This document shows, piece by piece, positions 47,201 through 60,019 of a stretch of DNA of 64,000 bases. Below the pieces are notes generated by a model. The model saw only the letters and a program-made list of their open reading frames with translations. It ran no database searches and was not told the DNA's origin. The DNA lies in assembly GCA_001643675.2 (NCBI GenBank), contig LSRY02000005.1, positions 1,054,001 to 1,118,000 on the forward strand, written 5' to 3'. Numbering within the stretch: the first letter of the stretch is position 1; the number at the start of each line of letters is the position of its first letter. Source of the DNA: Monocercomonoides exilis PA203 (taxonomy: Eukaryota; Protista; Preaxostyla). A program made the translations under genes and the position numbers.

Positions 47201-48361
47201 GTTATTGCTGCTCTAATTGTGATTGTGCTTGTGATATGTGCGTTGCGCTATAAGAAGCAAAGAAATCTGATCAAGCAAGAAAAACTGAAAACAGACGACA
47301 CAATGAAAGTGGTAATGTCAACGCATTCGTCGTATGGCACGATTCGCCCAGAGATTGCGCCACCAGAAAATACATACTCCAGCGTATCTCAGCTTCCGTT
47401 GCTTGAAGCTGATGAAATGGACGATGAAGATGAATATGATTCATCATATGCATATGACAATGAAGAAGAAAGTGAAGAAGACAATACCTTTATGGGCGGA
47501 TTGAGATTGGAGAGCGTAAAGGCAGAACCTGTTCACTCATTAAAAGCAGACGATTCAGTAGTAACTTCGTCAGATATTTCTTCGTCTTCATCATCTGCTG
47601 TGGATGAAGAACCTTTGATGGCTCTTCCACCGAAGTCTAGCTCAGCTCTTCCGGTACCAGTAGCACCACCACGATTTACAACACCATCGGATCTGCTTGT
47701 GACCGTCATGCCAACAGTTTCACCATTTACATTGACGACTGTCAGTGCACAGTCTTCTTTGTACTCCTTCTTGTTCTCTTCGGCCTCAAACGCAGCAAAG
47801 GAAGAAGAAGCAATTCCCGGAAAGCGCCAAACAGCTGCTAAACCTGAACTTGCTCCAGATGAGGTGATGGGTGTGGTGCTGTCGATTATTAATGGGCTGA
47901 CACACTTGAACGAGATCAAAGACCCGCAACTGGGAATGATATACGGTCAGCTGTCTCCGATGTCCGTGTATCTTGGAGGAGCTAACAAGCGTCAGGTGTT
48001 TTTGGCTGTTCAGAACATTCCTCAAATAGAAACGCTTCGATGGGTTGCGCCTGATGTGAATGAGGATGGCGTTGGAACAGAGCAGAGCTCAGTATTTTCT
48101 TTGGGACTGCTTATGTATGCGATGCTGTTTGGACAGATGCCTTTCGAAGATATGAACCCTGTTGAAGCGTCGCTTGCAATTGCTGCTGGCAAACGTCCCG
48201 ACATCTCTGGAGCTTTTGACTCAACATTGACACAACTGTTGATGGAATGCTGGCAAAAGAGTGCACAAAAACGCCCGTCCTTGCGTGAGTTGGAATCTAC
48301 GTTGCGCATGATTATCCAACTTTATTCACAAGAAAATGAAGCAACCGAAACAGCAGACTGA
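23236..48361 (+). CDS. Giant single-pass receptor-like protein: signal peptide, beta-helix/Pmp-like Cys-rich ectodomain with 10 tandem 601-aa units, TM helix, truncated TK/TKL pseudokinase. The frame is broken nearly always by small indels in G-runs.
   Basis: Signal exon MSFCLLCVCFCYFFILSQIG, then intron 23322-23412 (GTTTGA..AAAAAG, phase 2) joins the 23507 frame. Motifs: GGA(I/L)Y, GGGIF, FxxC and CGxxxxPC. TM IVIALAVVFVIAALIVIVLVICAL at ~47174-47245. The C-terminus has RWVAPD..SSVFSLGLLMY..PF..ECW..KRPS. Confidence 0.85.
25398..43545 (+). repeat. Coding tandem array, ~10.1 copies of a 1,803-bp G/A-rich unit
   Basis: The anchor GAGCAGCGATTAGTGGAGCTAC recurs 11 times at ~1.8-kb spacing (~25353 to ~43359). 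The first period is exactly 1803 bp (25501 to 27304). Confidence 0.97.
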
Positions 48362-49213
48362 AAAAAATTAAGTGCATAAAAAAAAACTTGTTTAATGAAT
48401 TTCTCTATTCTAAATTTTTTTTTAAATTGTTTTATGTTTACGCAATGTTTTTGATTAAATACTCACCTCACAATTTTAAGTTGAACTTGTATAAGTATAT
48501 TAGAAGAATTATTTGTTTGTCCGAATTTCTATCTATTTTTTAAATCTTGTGCTACAATTTCTATTTTGCTCGTCATATCATTGCTCTTTTTGTAGTTTTG
48601 GTAATCGTGATACTTTTAATATTTGAATGTCTGTTGTTTCGGTCCATCGAGCAAAAGAGAGGCCGAATGGTTTATCCTTCGATTGTGTATTATTTATCGA
48701 TTGTTATCTTTTTGTTTTGAATTGTTTCATAATTATTATATTTTTATTTTGTTATTCTTAAACAGATTTAATTTGATAAAAGAAAAAATGAAAAAGATGA
48801 TTTCAATACTTTGCAAAATTAATTCTAACTGTTAAATATTTTTTATTTCTTTGTTTTCCTTTATTAGTTTTTCTCCCCATTTGAATTTTGATATTTTTAT
48901 CGTGTTCTCCAAATCGTTGTTCTCCTTTCACTTCAATAGTTTCATTTTTAAATTATATTATTTTGTTTCATTATTTTATTTTATTTAATTTTATTAAGGA
49001 TGATAGTTTTTTTATCCTTTATTCAATAATTAATTATTAATATTATTTTTATTCAAAACATAATTTATTAAACAAAAACTAATTTTTAGCCATAAAATAA
49101 AATCAAAAAGAATTTGTTTCTTCAAAGGGAATTAAAAGAATAATTATTTCTTTTGATTTTTCTCTTCAAATGTCGTAAGTTGTGAATAAAAATTTTTGAG
49201 TGGTTTTATTTAA

Positions 49214-49454
<241 letters not shown>

Positions 49455-50208
49455 TGTTTTTGTTTTTATTTATTTTATTTTATTTTATTTTTTTTTTTTT
49501 TGTTGGCTTTCACCAAAAATCATTCAACTTCTTTAAACTTTAAATCGAAATTAAAATAGTCCAAATTAAAATCGAAAAAACAAAGTTTATATATTTAAAT
49601 TTTTTTCTCTTGTGAAAGTTTTGGAGATTGTTGTGATTTAACTGTTGATAATGATATTTATTTATTAAGTGATAATGTTTTTCTTTTATTTTGAACAGCT
49701 GTTTTCAATTATTTTGAATGATGTTCATTGATCCTTTTTTCATTTTGAAAATTGAAAATGTTTTATTAAGTCTGTTTCAAATGCAATAAACAATATCTGA
49801 AACGTTTCGTATCAAATAAATGAGATTGATTACTGTATTTTTGTGCTAAAAACAAGATTAATAACGATCCTATCTTTTTTATTTTTTGCAAAAATAACTT
49901 ATTATTTCCTGTGCACATGTGAAGTGTTTTCAATAAATCAATTTAATCCAATATACGCAATTGCACACAACAAAACACCACAAAAACGTTTAAAAACTTT
50001 TTTTCTGAATGAAATTTACAATTTCTTTGATCATTTTGTATAGAAAAATTACTGACATGAGAATAAATTTCAAAAGTTTATGGATTTTTTTTTTGGATTA
50101 TTGTATTTATAATTTTGAACGATATATTTTTTATTTCAAATCTGACTGTTTCGATATTGAATAATTTTCAGATTAACTCATCAAACAAATACTGATAATT
50201 AAAAATAA

Positions 50209-52147
50209 AAATGTGTAAAAACTATTTTTTAACATAGATTTTATTTTCAAAACAAAATTTTTTTTGTTTCAATTTTTGTTTTTGATGAAGATCTTGAGAA
50301 TTTTCATTTTATTTTTGTTCATGCATTTGGCTCGTTTTTTAATCAACTATCTTTTTCAATAGGTTTTTAGATACTTGACCATGAATCATTCATGATTATC
50401 TTTTTCTATCTCAATTCTTTTATTGTTTTTCTAATTATTTCGATTGATTTTTGCATTTGGGACAAATATTTTTGCTTTATGAATTTTGTTCCACACAGTT
50501 CTTTCGAAATTTTTTTTCCGACTTTTTTATATTTCAATATTTAATATTGCACGGTAATACCGGAATTATAATTATACAATTGCAGAAAAATTTTGGAAAA
50601 AATCATTGAATTTTTCACAAATGCAAGAATTCTGTCCCATTTCATTGTTTTTGAAGAAAAATTTGAAAAAAATACAGATACATAAAAATTTGTCATTTGT
50701 TTCAAAATTATTAAATGTGAAAAATAAATATGTTGTTCGCGCAAAGAGTGAAAATGTTATGAAAACCGTGAAATGTTGTTTTTGTGAAGACATTGAATAT
50801 TTTTCGGATATTTCATTACAAAGTGTGAATAATAAAGAAGAATGAAATACATAAAATTATCATTCCTCATTCTTCATATTTGAACAACATAAGGTGCAAA
50901 AATTTTCACTTCAGGCATTTTCATTGAAATATTATGCACTTTTTGTTGACTTTTTGTGTTCAAAAAACGTGGAAAAAATGAATTCATTTTTTTGAAATAT
51001 GTGTGAGAACACAAAACATTATGATGTTATATCAATAATACCTGTTTGCAGATATGAAAATCCTTTTTATTTTGAAATCTGAGAGAGTTTAGTGAAGTTG
51101 TGAAATATTCTATATTTTAATGATTTGTGCATAAAATACTTGAAAGTTCATTTTTTTCCCCCATATGAAAAAAAAATTGATTTCAAAAATAATGTTGGAA
51201 AAAAATGAACTTTCAAGTATTTTATGCACAAATCATTAAAATATAGAATATTTCACAACTTCACTAAACTCTCTCAGATTTCAAAATAAAAAGGATTTTC
51301 ATATCTGCAAACAGGTATTATTGATATAACATCATAATGTTTTGTGTTCTCACACATATTTCAAAAAAATGAATTCATTTTTTCCACGTTTTTTGAACAC
51401 AAAAAGTCAACAAAAAGTGCATAATATTTCAATGAAAATGCCTGAAGTGAAAATTTTTGCACCTTATGTTGTTCAAATATGAAGAATGAGGAATGATAAT
51501 TTTATGTATTTCATTCTTCTTTATTATTCACACTTTGTAATGAAATATCCGAAAAATATTCAATGTCTTCACAAAAACAACATTTCACGGTTTTCATAAC
51601 ATTTTCACTCTTTGCGCGAACAACATATTTATTTTTCACATTTAATAATTTTGAAACAAATGACAAATTTTTATGTATCTGTATTTTTTTCAAATTTTTC
51701 TTCAAAAACAATGAAATGGGACAGAATTCTTGCATTTGTGAAAAATTCAATGATTTTTTCCAAAATTTTTCTGCAATTGTATAATTATAATTCCGGTATT
51801 ACCGTGCAATATTAAATATTGAAATATAAAAAAGTCGGAAAAAAAATTTCGAAAGAACTGTGTGGAACAAAATTCATAAAGCAAAAATATTTGTCCCAAA
51901 TGCAAAAATCAATCGAAATAATTAGAAAAACAATAAAAGAATTGAGATAGAAAAAGATAATCATGAATGATTCATGGTCAAGTATCTAAAAACCTATTGA
52001 AAAAGATAGTTGATTAAAAAACGAGCCAAATGCATGAACAAAAATAAAATGAAAATTCTCAAGATCTTCATCAAAAACAAAAATTGAAACAAAAAAAATT
52101 TTGTTTTGAAAATAAAATCTATGTTAAAAAATGGCTTTTACACATTT
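50209..52147. repeat. Long near-perfect inverted repeat: ~950-bp arms with a 37-nt spacer (51160-51196)
   Basis: Mirror ORFs 50606-50845(+) and 51511-51750(-) are identical. Mirrored coordinates sum to 102356 throughout. Only two mismatches were seen, near the outer ends. Confidence 0.95.
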
Positions 52148-52565
52148 ATATATTTTTTTCATGTATTTATTCTGCTTCAACGAATAAAAAAAAAAAACCG
52201 GGTTTATGAAAATGTTCGAGCTTATAAATCACCCAATTTATCTGCATTTCTATCAACATGAAAGTTATAAAAATGAATGAAACAAAAAGAAACAACAATG
52301 AACGAAATCACAGAATATGCGGATAAAGAATAATTATCTACAAAAGTATTAATCATAGAATCAGTTTACACATGATTTATATGATTTAGTGGGATTGAGA
52401 TAATGCGCAATGCAACAATTTATTGAAAAAAGAACAATATATATGTATAAATATAGTTCAAATAAAAAAAATTGCCTCCCACTTAAATCTTTAATAGATA
52501 TTTATAACTTGATTAACGTCAAATACTTTTTTTTACAATTCCAAACACAAATACAAAGTACTGCT

Positions 52566-54219
52566 TCATATGCCTTTGGAACTCGCTGATTCAATGTTCA
52601 AAGGCTTTCGCATTTCAACAAATTTTCGTTTTCTCAATCCATCGATAATTGGATAAAAATTCAAATTTACCAGCAAAGATTCTCTTATGTTTTGTTCAAC
52701 TTTCATATCATCATCATTAATTGCTTCAACGTGCAATGAATTCTTTGGATTACCACCACAGCTATTTTCTTTTGAAATCTTTTTTTCAAAATGTTCAACG
52801 CTTGCCGAAGTTAAGCTATGATAAGTCTTCAGATGCCTCTGCTTACATGTGTCAACAATTGGATCCCAAAATGATGAAGACGAAAGCAGTTCCACATGAG
52901 AAAGTAAATGGCAATCCTGACTCAAACTTAAAATTGTCAAATCAAAGTTCATACAAAAATTTCGAACAAATTCAGAAATCAGATCAATATTGAAAAAAAA
53001 ATATTTTTCAATTCAACATAAAACAATCAAGCAAGAAAACAAACATTATTCCACCAGGTGTTAGTCTGGGATAAAGCGCAGATATTGCTGTTTCAGCTGC
53101 GCTTTTCAAATCTACATCAATTAAAGCGACATCAATTAGATTTGGTATTTGGCATCTGTCTTTTGTGCATTGACTCATTACATCTGTTGAAGATGAACTG
53201 CAATTCAGCGACTTCTCATTTAAAAGCTTTTTTTTCGACGCGTTTTCTTTTCTTTCTCTTTTCTCTTGTTTTCTCAGCATTCTGTTGTCAATTTCGTCTT
53301 TATCTGAATTTTCTGTAGTTTGCGATTCGTTCATGTATATTTTTGAGTTCGTTTCTATTTCTTCCATCTTTTCAGTTTTCAGAAGTTTTTCTCCGAATGG
53401 ATCAAAATTTCTCTTTTGTTCACTTTTATCATTCGTATTTTGTTTGGAAAAGAATTCATTCGATGGTTCTTTCATCGTGCTTTGACCTTCTTCTTTCATA
53501 TACAAGTTTAATCGGTCATCAAAATCGTTGTCTGGAATTGGCCACAAAGTGTCTTCCAGCCATCCTTTCACAAACACACATATCGTCGCATCCCCTTCTT
53601 CACTGACATTTCGCTTCACCAACGACAAGTTCCCCCGAAAACTCCCCTTTTCAAAATGGACAGGCCGAGACAGAACAGGTATAACAGTCGCAGGCAAATC
53701 CGATGTATTCGATTCATTCAATACGGAATCTGTTTTTGCTGTTTTATTATTAAGTGACATTTCTGATTCAACTTCACTTAAGCTTTTTGGCAAAATAGTC
53801 GAAGTAGCTGAAGATTCACGGTCTCTGTCTCTCCAGGCAGATGGAACGGGATTGGCAACAACAGCTTTTTTGCTCGTATGCTCATTTCCTTTGCTCTCGA
53901 AAAACGTTATTTGTTGATGAACTTCCTCGTTTGATGGTATGCCTTGATATGAATCGCAGGCGTATAATTTCATTATAACAACTGGATCACAATCGCTCAT
54001 ATTTTTCGAAGAAAGCTCCTTTTTAATTTGCCTTTTCACTGTTTTTGAAAGAATGGATAAAACTTTCGAAATTTTTGCAGTACTTGAACCGTAAGCTACA
54101 CCACATTCAACAACAACAAATATGAATGGATCAAGTGGTTCAGATCCATTAATAGAAGCAATATATTTTTGTAGATTACTTTTAGCTTTATCAAAAATAC
54201 AAAATGCAGTTTGTAACAT
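52566..54219 (-). CDS. TylF/MycF/NovP-family class I SAM-dependent O-methyltransferase, with low-complexity insertions; intron 52927-53044
   Basis: Motifs in family order: VVVECGVAYGSS, LYACDSYQGIP, KGSFRGNLSLVKRN, FVKGWLEDTL, ALIDVDL, LYPRLTPGGI-ILSQD. The true start may lie further upstream. Confidence 0.8.
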
Positions 54220-54800
54220 TTCGGAATTTGTGTGAAATCCGCGAATCTTCCTGGAAATTTTTCAAAAAATATATTTATCAATTTTTCTTTCAAATAAACT
54301 TTCCAAAAAAATTAAAGTTACCATGTTGTTTTCGCAAAACTAAAAATTATTTTTAACTTCTCGACCCAAGTTATTCCCAGATATGTGAAATCATGTGTTA
54401 AAAAAGAAAAATTTGCTTCTCTTTCCCTTGTAAAAAAGTAATGAACAGTTTGAATTAATCTAAAAAGTGATTTTGGACTAATGTAAATGCATTTACAAAA
54501 ATATGCACATTTTAACAAAAAGCAGAAATCAAAAATTTAGAAATTGAATGATAAATAATGCACACCCTCTTGAATGAGGCACAAAACGGAAAAAAGTTTT
54601 ATTAAATGAAGAAGAATTCTGCGGGATGTTCAGTACAATCGAATACCATAATGCTATCAAAAAAATGAAAATGAAAAAACATAAAACTATCATTTTTTGA
54701 TCATTGTAACCATAACAATATCATGAATCAAAATAGGAAGAATAAAACATAAAAGTTGTAAATTGTTTTTTTATTCCGGAAGAAAAGCAATTCCTTTGAG

Positions 54801-57038
54801 ATGTCTGAAGAAACCAAAGTTGAAGCACCAGTTGATGCAAAGAACTACAAGTTCCGTGCAGAGATCAACCAATTGTTGAGCTTGATCATCAACACATTCT
54901 ATTCAAATAAAGATATTTTCCTTCGGGAACTTATTTCAAATGCATCTGATGCTTTGGATAAAGTTCGTTATCAGAGCCTCACAGATAAATCATTGTTGGA
55001 AGAGGAGCCAAGATTTGAAATCCGCCTTATTCCGGATAAGGTCAACAAAGTCCTTCACATTTGCGATACTGGTATTGGTATGACCGAATCTGATCTCGTC
55101 AACAATTTGGGTACAATTGCAAGCTCTGGAACAAAGGCATTCATGGAAGCCATCCAAGCTGGTGCAGATGTATCTATGATCGGACAGTTTGGTGTTGGTT
55201 TCTACTCAGCATATCTTGTTGCCCAAAATGTGATGGTGACAACAAAACATCACGATGACGTCCAACTCGTTTGGGAAAGTGCTGCCGGTGATTCATTCTC
55301 AATTCGCGAAGACAAAGAAGGAGAAAGAATTCCTCGCGGAACTCGTATTTCTCTTTTCTTGAAGGACGATATGTTGGACTACTTGGAAGAAAGAAAATTG
55401 AAGGAGCTTGTCAAGAAACACTCAGAATTCATTGCATATCCAATTTCACTCCAAGTCGAAAAGACAGTGGAAAAAGAAGTCGAAGAAGAAGAAGAGGAGG
55501 AAGAGAAGAAAGAAGAGGAAAAGAAGGAAGGTGAGGAAGAAAAGAAAGAAGGAGAAGAAGAGAAGAAAGAAGGTGAGGAAGAAAAGAAAGAAGGAGAAGA
55601 AGAGAAGAAAGAAGGTGAGGAAGAAAAGAAAGACGATGAAGAACCAAAAGTTGAAGAAGAACAAAAACCAAAGGAAAAGAAAACAAGAAAGATTAAGGAG
55701 GTTGTTCATGAATATGAACAAATCAACAAGATGAAAGCAATTTGGATGCGCAAGCCAGAGGAAATCACAAAAGAAGAATATGCAGCATTCTATAAGAGCA
55801 TCTCAAACGATTGGGAAGATCATCTTGCTGTCAAGCATTTCTTCTTCGAAGGATCATTGGAATTCCGCGCTGTTCTCTTCACTCCACGTCGTGCTCCATT
55901 TGATATGTTCGAAACAAAGAAGAAGAACACAAACATCAAGTTGTATGTGCGCCGTGTCTTGATTATGGAGAACTGCGATGATTTGATTCCCGAATATCTT
56001 GGCTTTATTCGTGGTGTCGTTGATTCAGAAGATCTTCCATTGAACATTTCTCGTGAGACACTCCAACAAAACAAGATCATGAAAGTTATCAAGAAGAACA
56101 TTGTCAAAAAGTGCATTGAAATGTTCAATGATATTGCAGAAAATAAGGAAGACTATCAGAAATTCTATGAAGCCTTCTCCAAGAACATTAAATTGGGTAT
56201 TCACGAAGATGCTGACAACAGAGCTAAATTGGCTGAATTGCTGAGATACTGCTCAACAAAATCTCCTGATGAGCTTATTTCATTGAAAGACTATGTTGCA
56301 AGAATGAAGCCAGAACAGAAAAACATTTACTACATCACAGGAGAATCAAAGGAGGCTGTCCGCGATTCCCCATTCTTGGAGAGATTGAAGAGAAAAGACT
56401 TGGAAGTTTTGTTCATGGTTGATCCAATCGATGAGTACTCAGTTCAACAACTCAAGGACTACGAAGGAAAGAAACTTGTTTGTGTCACAAAAGAAGGATT
56501 GGAAATTGAAGAGACAGAAGAAGAGAAAAAGAGAAGAGAGGAAATGGCAGCTGCCAACGAAAACTTGTGCAAAGTTATGAAGGACATTCTTGGAGAAAAA
56601 GTCGAGAAAGTCACAATTTCCTCACGTGTCGTTGATTCACCATGTGTTCTTGTGACCAACGAATACGGCTGGTCTGCTAACATGGAAAGAATCATGAAGG
56701 CTCAAGCATTGCGTGATGCTTCTTCGTTCTCATACATGGCATCAAAGAAAATCATGGAGATCAATCCAGATCATCCAATCATGGCTGAATTGAGAAAGAA
56801 ATGCGATAACCCAGCAGATGCCACATTGAAGGATCTTGTCATGATGCTTTATGAAACTGCATTGCTTCAATCTGGATTTTCACTTGAAGATTCATCATCA
56901 TTTGCCTCTCGCATCCACAGAATGATCAAGCTTGGTCTTTCAATTGATGATACAAGCGATTCATCAGATGCATCTGACCTTCCACCTCTGGAAGCTGATG
57001 CTTCAGCTGAGCCAGGTGAAATGGAACAGGTTGATTAA
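54801..57038 (+). CDS. HSP90: Cytosolic heat shock protein 90, intronless
   Basis: Motifs: [56 protein letters not shown]. Charged linker with EEEKKEG repeats and a C-terminal MEQVD. Confidence 0.99.
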   Translation: MSEETKVEAPVDAKNYKFRAEINQLLSLIINTFYSNKDIFLRELISNASDALDKVRYQSLTDKSLLEEEPRFEIRLIPDKVNKVLHICDTGIGMTESDLVNNLGTIASSGTKAFMEAIQAGADVSMIGQFGVGFYSAYLVAQNVMVTTKHHDDVQLVWESAAGDSFSIREDKEGERIPRGTRISLFLKDDMLDYLEERKLKELVKKHSEFIAYPISLQVEKTVEKEVEEEEEEEEKKEEEKKEGEEEKKEGEEEKKEGEEEKKEGEEEKKEGEEEKKDDEEPKVEEEQKPKEKKTRKIKEVVHEYEQINKMKAIWMRKPEEITKEEYAAFYKSISNDWEDHLAVKHFFFEGSLEFRAVLFTPRRAPFDMFETKKKNTNIKLYVRRVLIMENCDDLIPEYLGFIRGVVDSEDLPLNISRETLQQNKIMKVIKKNIVKKCIEMFNDIAENKEDYQKFYEAFSKNIKLGIHEDADNRAKLAELLRYCSTKSPDELISLKDYVARMKPEQKNIYYITGESKEAVRDSPFLERLKRKDLEVLFMVDPIDEYSVQQLKDYEGKKLVCVTKEGLEIEETEEEKKRREEMAAANENLCKVMKDILGEKVEKVTISSRVVDSPCVLVTNEYGWSANMERIMKAQALRDASSFSYMASKKIMEINPDHPIMAELRKKCDNPADATLKDLVMMLYETALLQSGFSLEDSSSFASRIHRMIKLGLSIDDTSDSSDASDLPPLEADASAEPGEMEQVD

Positions 57039-57340
57039 AAAGGAATTCAATAAAAAGTTGTTATTCTTACAAAATAGTGAATATTTCAATAACTTTAACA
57101 TAAAGCTTTTTGAATATCATTTTAAAAATAATTATTTTTATATTTTTGTATTATTATTTTGTTTTGAATAATTTTTGTGTTTCACTTCGCAATCATACGA
57201 CTGATTGGAAAAATCTAAAATTTCACGATTTGTTTTTTCGCAAACATCAAGACATTCTTTGAAGGATGTTAAAGGTGAAAGGAAAAAGAAAATAATTTAT
57301 TGGTTGAATTTTAAAATAATTTTTTAACTTTAAAGATTCT

Positions 57341-57906
57341 TTATTCGACAACGACTCGAACAACTTCAGGAATTGGGTTTGTGTGCTCCCATGGCCTCGC
57401 CTTTTTATGATTAGAATAAGATTTTGATGCATAGCAGAAAATAACATTAAATAAATTTAAAAAACAAACATGAACAAATTCAAGATCCATTGTTCCTCTT
57501 TTTTCTGTCTGAAACACAAATCTATGAATTCCACCTCCTCCGGCCTTAAAAAAAACAAACGAAAATTTTATTGGATATTTCGAAATCAAATGTTTGAATG
57601 ATCAAACTAGCTTCGGCCCATGAGTTGGTTGTTTAAAATTTGGTTCGTATTTCTCATCAAGAAGCTTTAGTATTGCTTATAATTCCAAAAATTTTTATTA
57701 ACGATAAAATTATTTCTTTATGAGAAAAAATAGAAACAATTAAATAATTTCAAACGCTCTTCATTGCTTTGAGGTTCATTAAATTTCCAAATATAACCGG
57801 TTGTCGGATTTGAAGGAAATTCAATGGTGAAAGTTTCTCCTTCTTTTTTGGTCAAAGTTCGAAATTCAGCAAAAACCGCTCCAAAAACTAAAAGAAAGCA
57901 GAACAT
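57341..57906 (-). CDS. Chagasin-family (MEROPS I42) inhibitor of cysteine peptidases, secreted; 4 exons
   Basis: Exons 57906-57756, 57675-57608, 57544-57470 and 57400-57341 have GTTTG donors in phase. Signal peptide plus the three family loop motifs NPTTGYIW, AGGGG and RPWE. Confidence 0.9.
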
Positions 57907-58126
57907 TAAATAATAAGCAAAGCTGAATAAATTGTAAAAAACGAATATAAAAATTACAGTAGAAAAGTCAATATTTTAACACACATATATTAATCATGGG
58001 TAGCCTATGATCAAATCTTAAACGAATTCATGTTTTTATTTTTTCCCTGGAAATGAGCAAAGAAGCAACATTTTTTGTTCATAATATTATATCTTCAATT
58101 TATTTTGTTTGTTTTCGTTTTCAATA

Positions 58127-58523
58127 CAGTTTGTGCAAAAAATACCGAGCATCGCAAAAAATACCGGACAAGATCGATATCTCAATAACCGCAAGAGGAA
58201 TTATTCTGACAATTTTCCCCAAAATATATCTCATCAATGCAAACTCATTTGATAATCGAAACTTTCAAAATAGCCTCATTTGAGCTCAGAAAAAAATTAT
58301 TATATAATTCTCGGAAAAATTGAATTTTGAGTTTCTTCGAGATTTCAAAAATAATTTTCTCTGAGCATGAATGGAGCTATTTTGAATGTTTCGATTATCA
58401 AATGAGTTTGCATTGATGAGATATATTTTGGGGAAAATTGTCAGAATAATTCCTCTTGCGGTTATTGAGATATCGATCTTGTCCGGAATTTTTTGCGATG
58501 TTCGGTATTTTTTGTACAAACTG
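58127..58523. mobile_element. Tc1/mariner-type foldback MITE with ~175-bp TIRs and TA TSD
   Basis: TA|CAGTTTGTGCAAAAAATACCGAGCATCGC...GCGATGTTCGGTATTTTTTGTACAAACTG|TA. Confidence 0.9.
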
Positions 58524-58525
58524 TA

Positions 58526-58800
58526 TGGTGCAAAATATTTTCCTTCAGGCATTTTCGTTGAAAAATTATGTACTTTTCATTCGCTTTTTGAGTTCAAAAA
58601 ACACAATAAAAACAGGTCCATTTTTTGACATTCGTGAAATGTTGGAAAACTTCATGTTTTGATTTCAACGATTCCTGATAAAGGATATGAAAATCAAATT
58701 TATTTTGAAATCTGAGAAAGGGAAATAATGTTATGAGTGAAGCAATTTTTCAATGCTTCGCGCAAAAAAAAGCTTGAAAGTCCATATTTTCCTCCAGATG
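58526..58800 (+). repeat. Copy of the ~280-bp dispersed core module
   Basis: GGTGCAAAATATTTTCCTTCAGGCATTTTC...TTTTGAAATCTGAGAAAG...CTTGAAAGTCCATATTTTCCTCCA aligns with 20050-20330 and 50892-51170. Confidence 0.85.
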
Positions 58801-60019
58801 TTTTGATTTCTCATACTTTTTTTCAATTTTTTATTGTTGTGAAAACGAAAATATCTCAGTTTGAAATGGATGAAATGCGAATAAAAAGTTTTTATTCAAA
58901 TGATCTGACTTTATTCGAATAAACCCCATTTTAAATAAATGAGAGGCAGTTTATTCAAACAAACGACTGCTTTCTCGAATCAACCATGAAAGATTTGAAT
59001 AAAAAATTAGGAGATATTATTATGGAAATATTGAACAAGTCTTCGTTGTTTTTCATGCTTTATTCACAATTTGCAAATAATTAAAAATAAGTGATCAAAC
59101 ATTTTTTTCCGTGAAAATCAAAGAAAAACTTTTTTTTGAAGATATTTAATGAAAATTTTCATGATTCACAAATTTTTTTAAATTATTTTTCACACATTTA
59201 AGAGGTTTTTTGTGGAATTATCATTTTTGACAACTTAAATCATAACATAAGTTGGATAAACTTCATGAAAATGTAGATTTCTTCTTCTTCTTGCATTGGA
59301 ACGATAATTTCAAATTTAAAATGTAATGCACCAAAATGACTGATAATGTTTATTTATATATCCTTCTTTATTTGCACTCATCTTGTTTCACAATCTTTAT
59401 TCTTTGATTCTGATTTTTTGAAATAATAATCCTTAATTTTTCGATTGGGACAGTTATTTAACAATAAAGCCGTTTTCATTATAGCATGCTCATCCAACTG
59501 CTGTTGAGTGAGCAATATTATTTATTCCTTATTTGAACGTTAGCACGAAAATAAAAATCCAAAAGAATATTCAAAAATTACACATTCCTTAAACATCTTT
59601 GGCAATTTTATATAAAGAATTGTTTGAAAACTTCTTTTTTTGAAAATATGGACATATTTATTGTTTATTTGCTTTGATTCATTTTTTTCACATAACGAAA
59701 ATATCCTTCATATTCTTTCAACATTGCGGTTGTTATTTATCCACTCACAATCATATGTCATTTTTTTGTCGACTTAGTATTCTGATGCGCACAGCCATTC
59801 ATTCCTGTTCCAGTGAAGATCATCCACCGGATCGGTGCAGAGATAAATATTTAACCTGTTTTTTTTTAGCTGCTCGAATTATTAAACCTCATTTCTTCCT
59901 TGTATTTGATGCTTCTTCTTCTCATCCAAAAATTATTTCATTCACAACAATTTCAACCGCACACTTTTGCTTGCTCCTAACAATCTCCAACTTCTTCGCT
60001 GCATGCACACATTTATGAG

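Noticed and set aside
50541-51815. Duplicated small ORFs in the palindrome arms
   Set aside because: AT-rich chance ORFs mirrored by the inverted repeat; no recognisable protein.
57021-57038. Hsp90 ending MEQVD rather than MEEVD
   Set aside because: This variant is known in other protists, e.g. trypanosomatid Hsp83. The gene is also contiguous, unlike the trans-spliced Giardia Hsp90.
57320-57420. GC-richer island resembling a small RNA gene (e.g. 5S)
   Set aside because: It is the last chagasin exon (ARPWE…).
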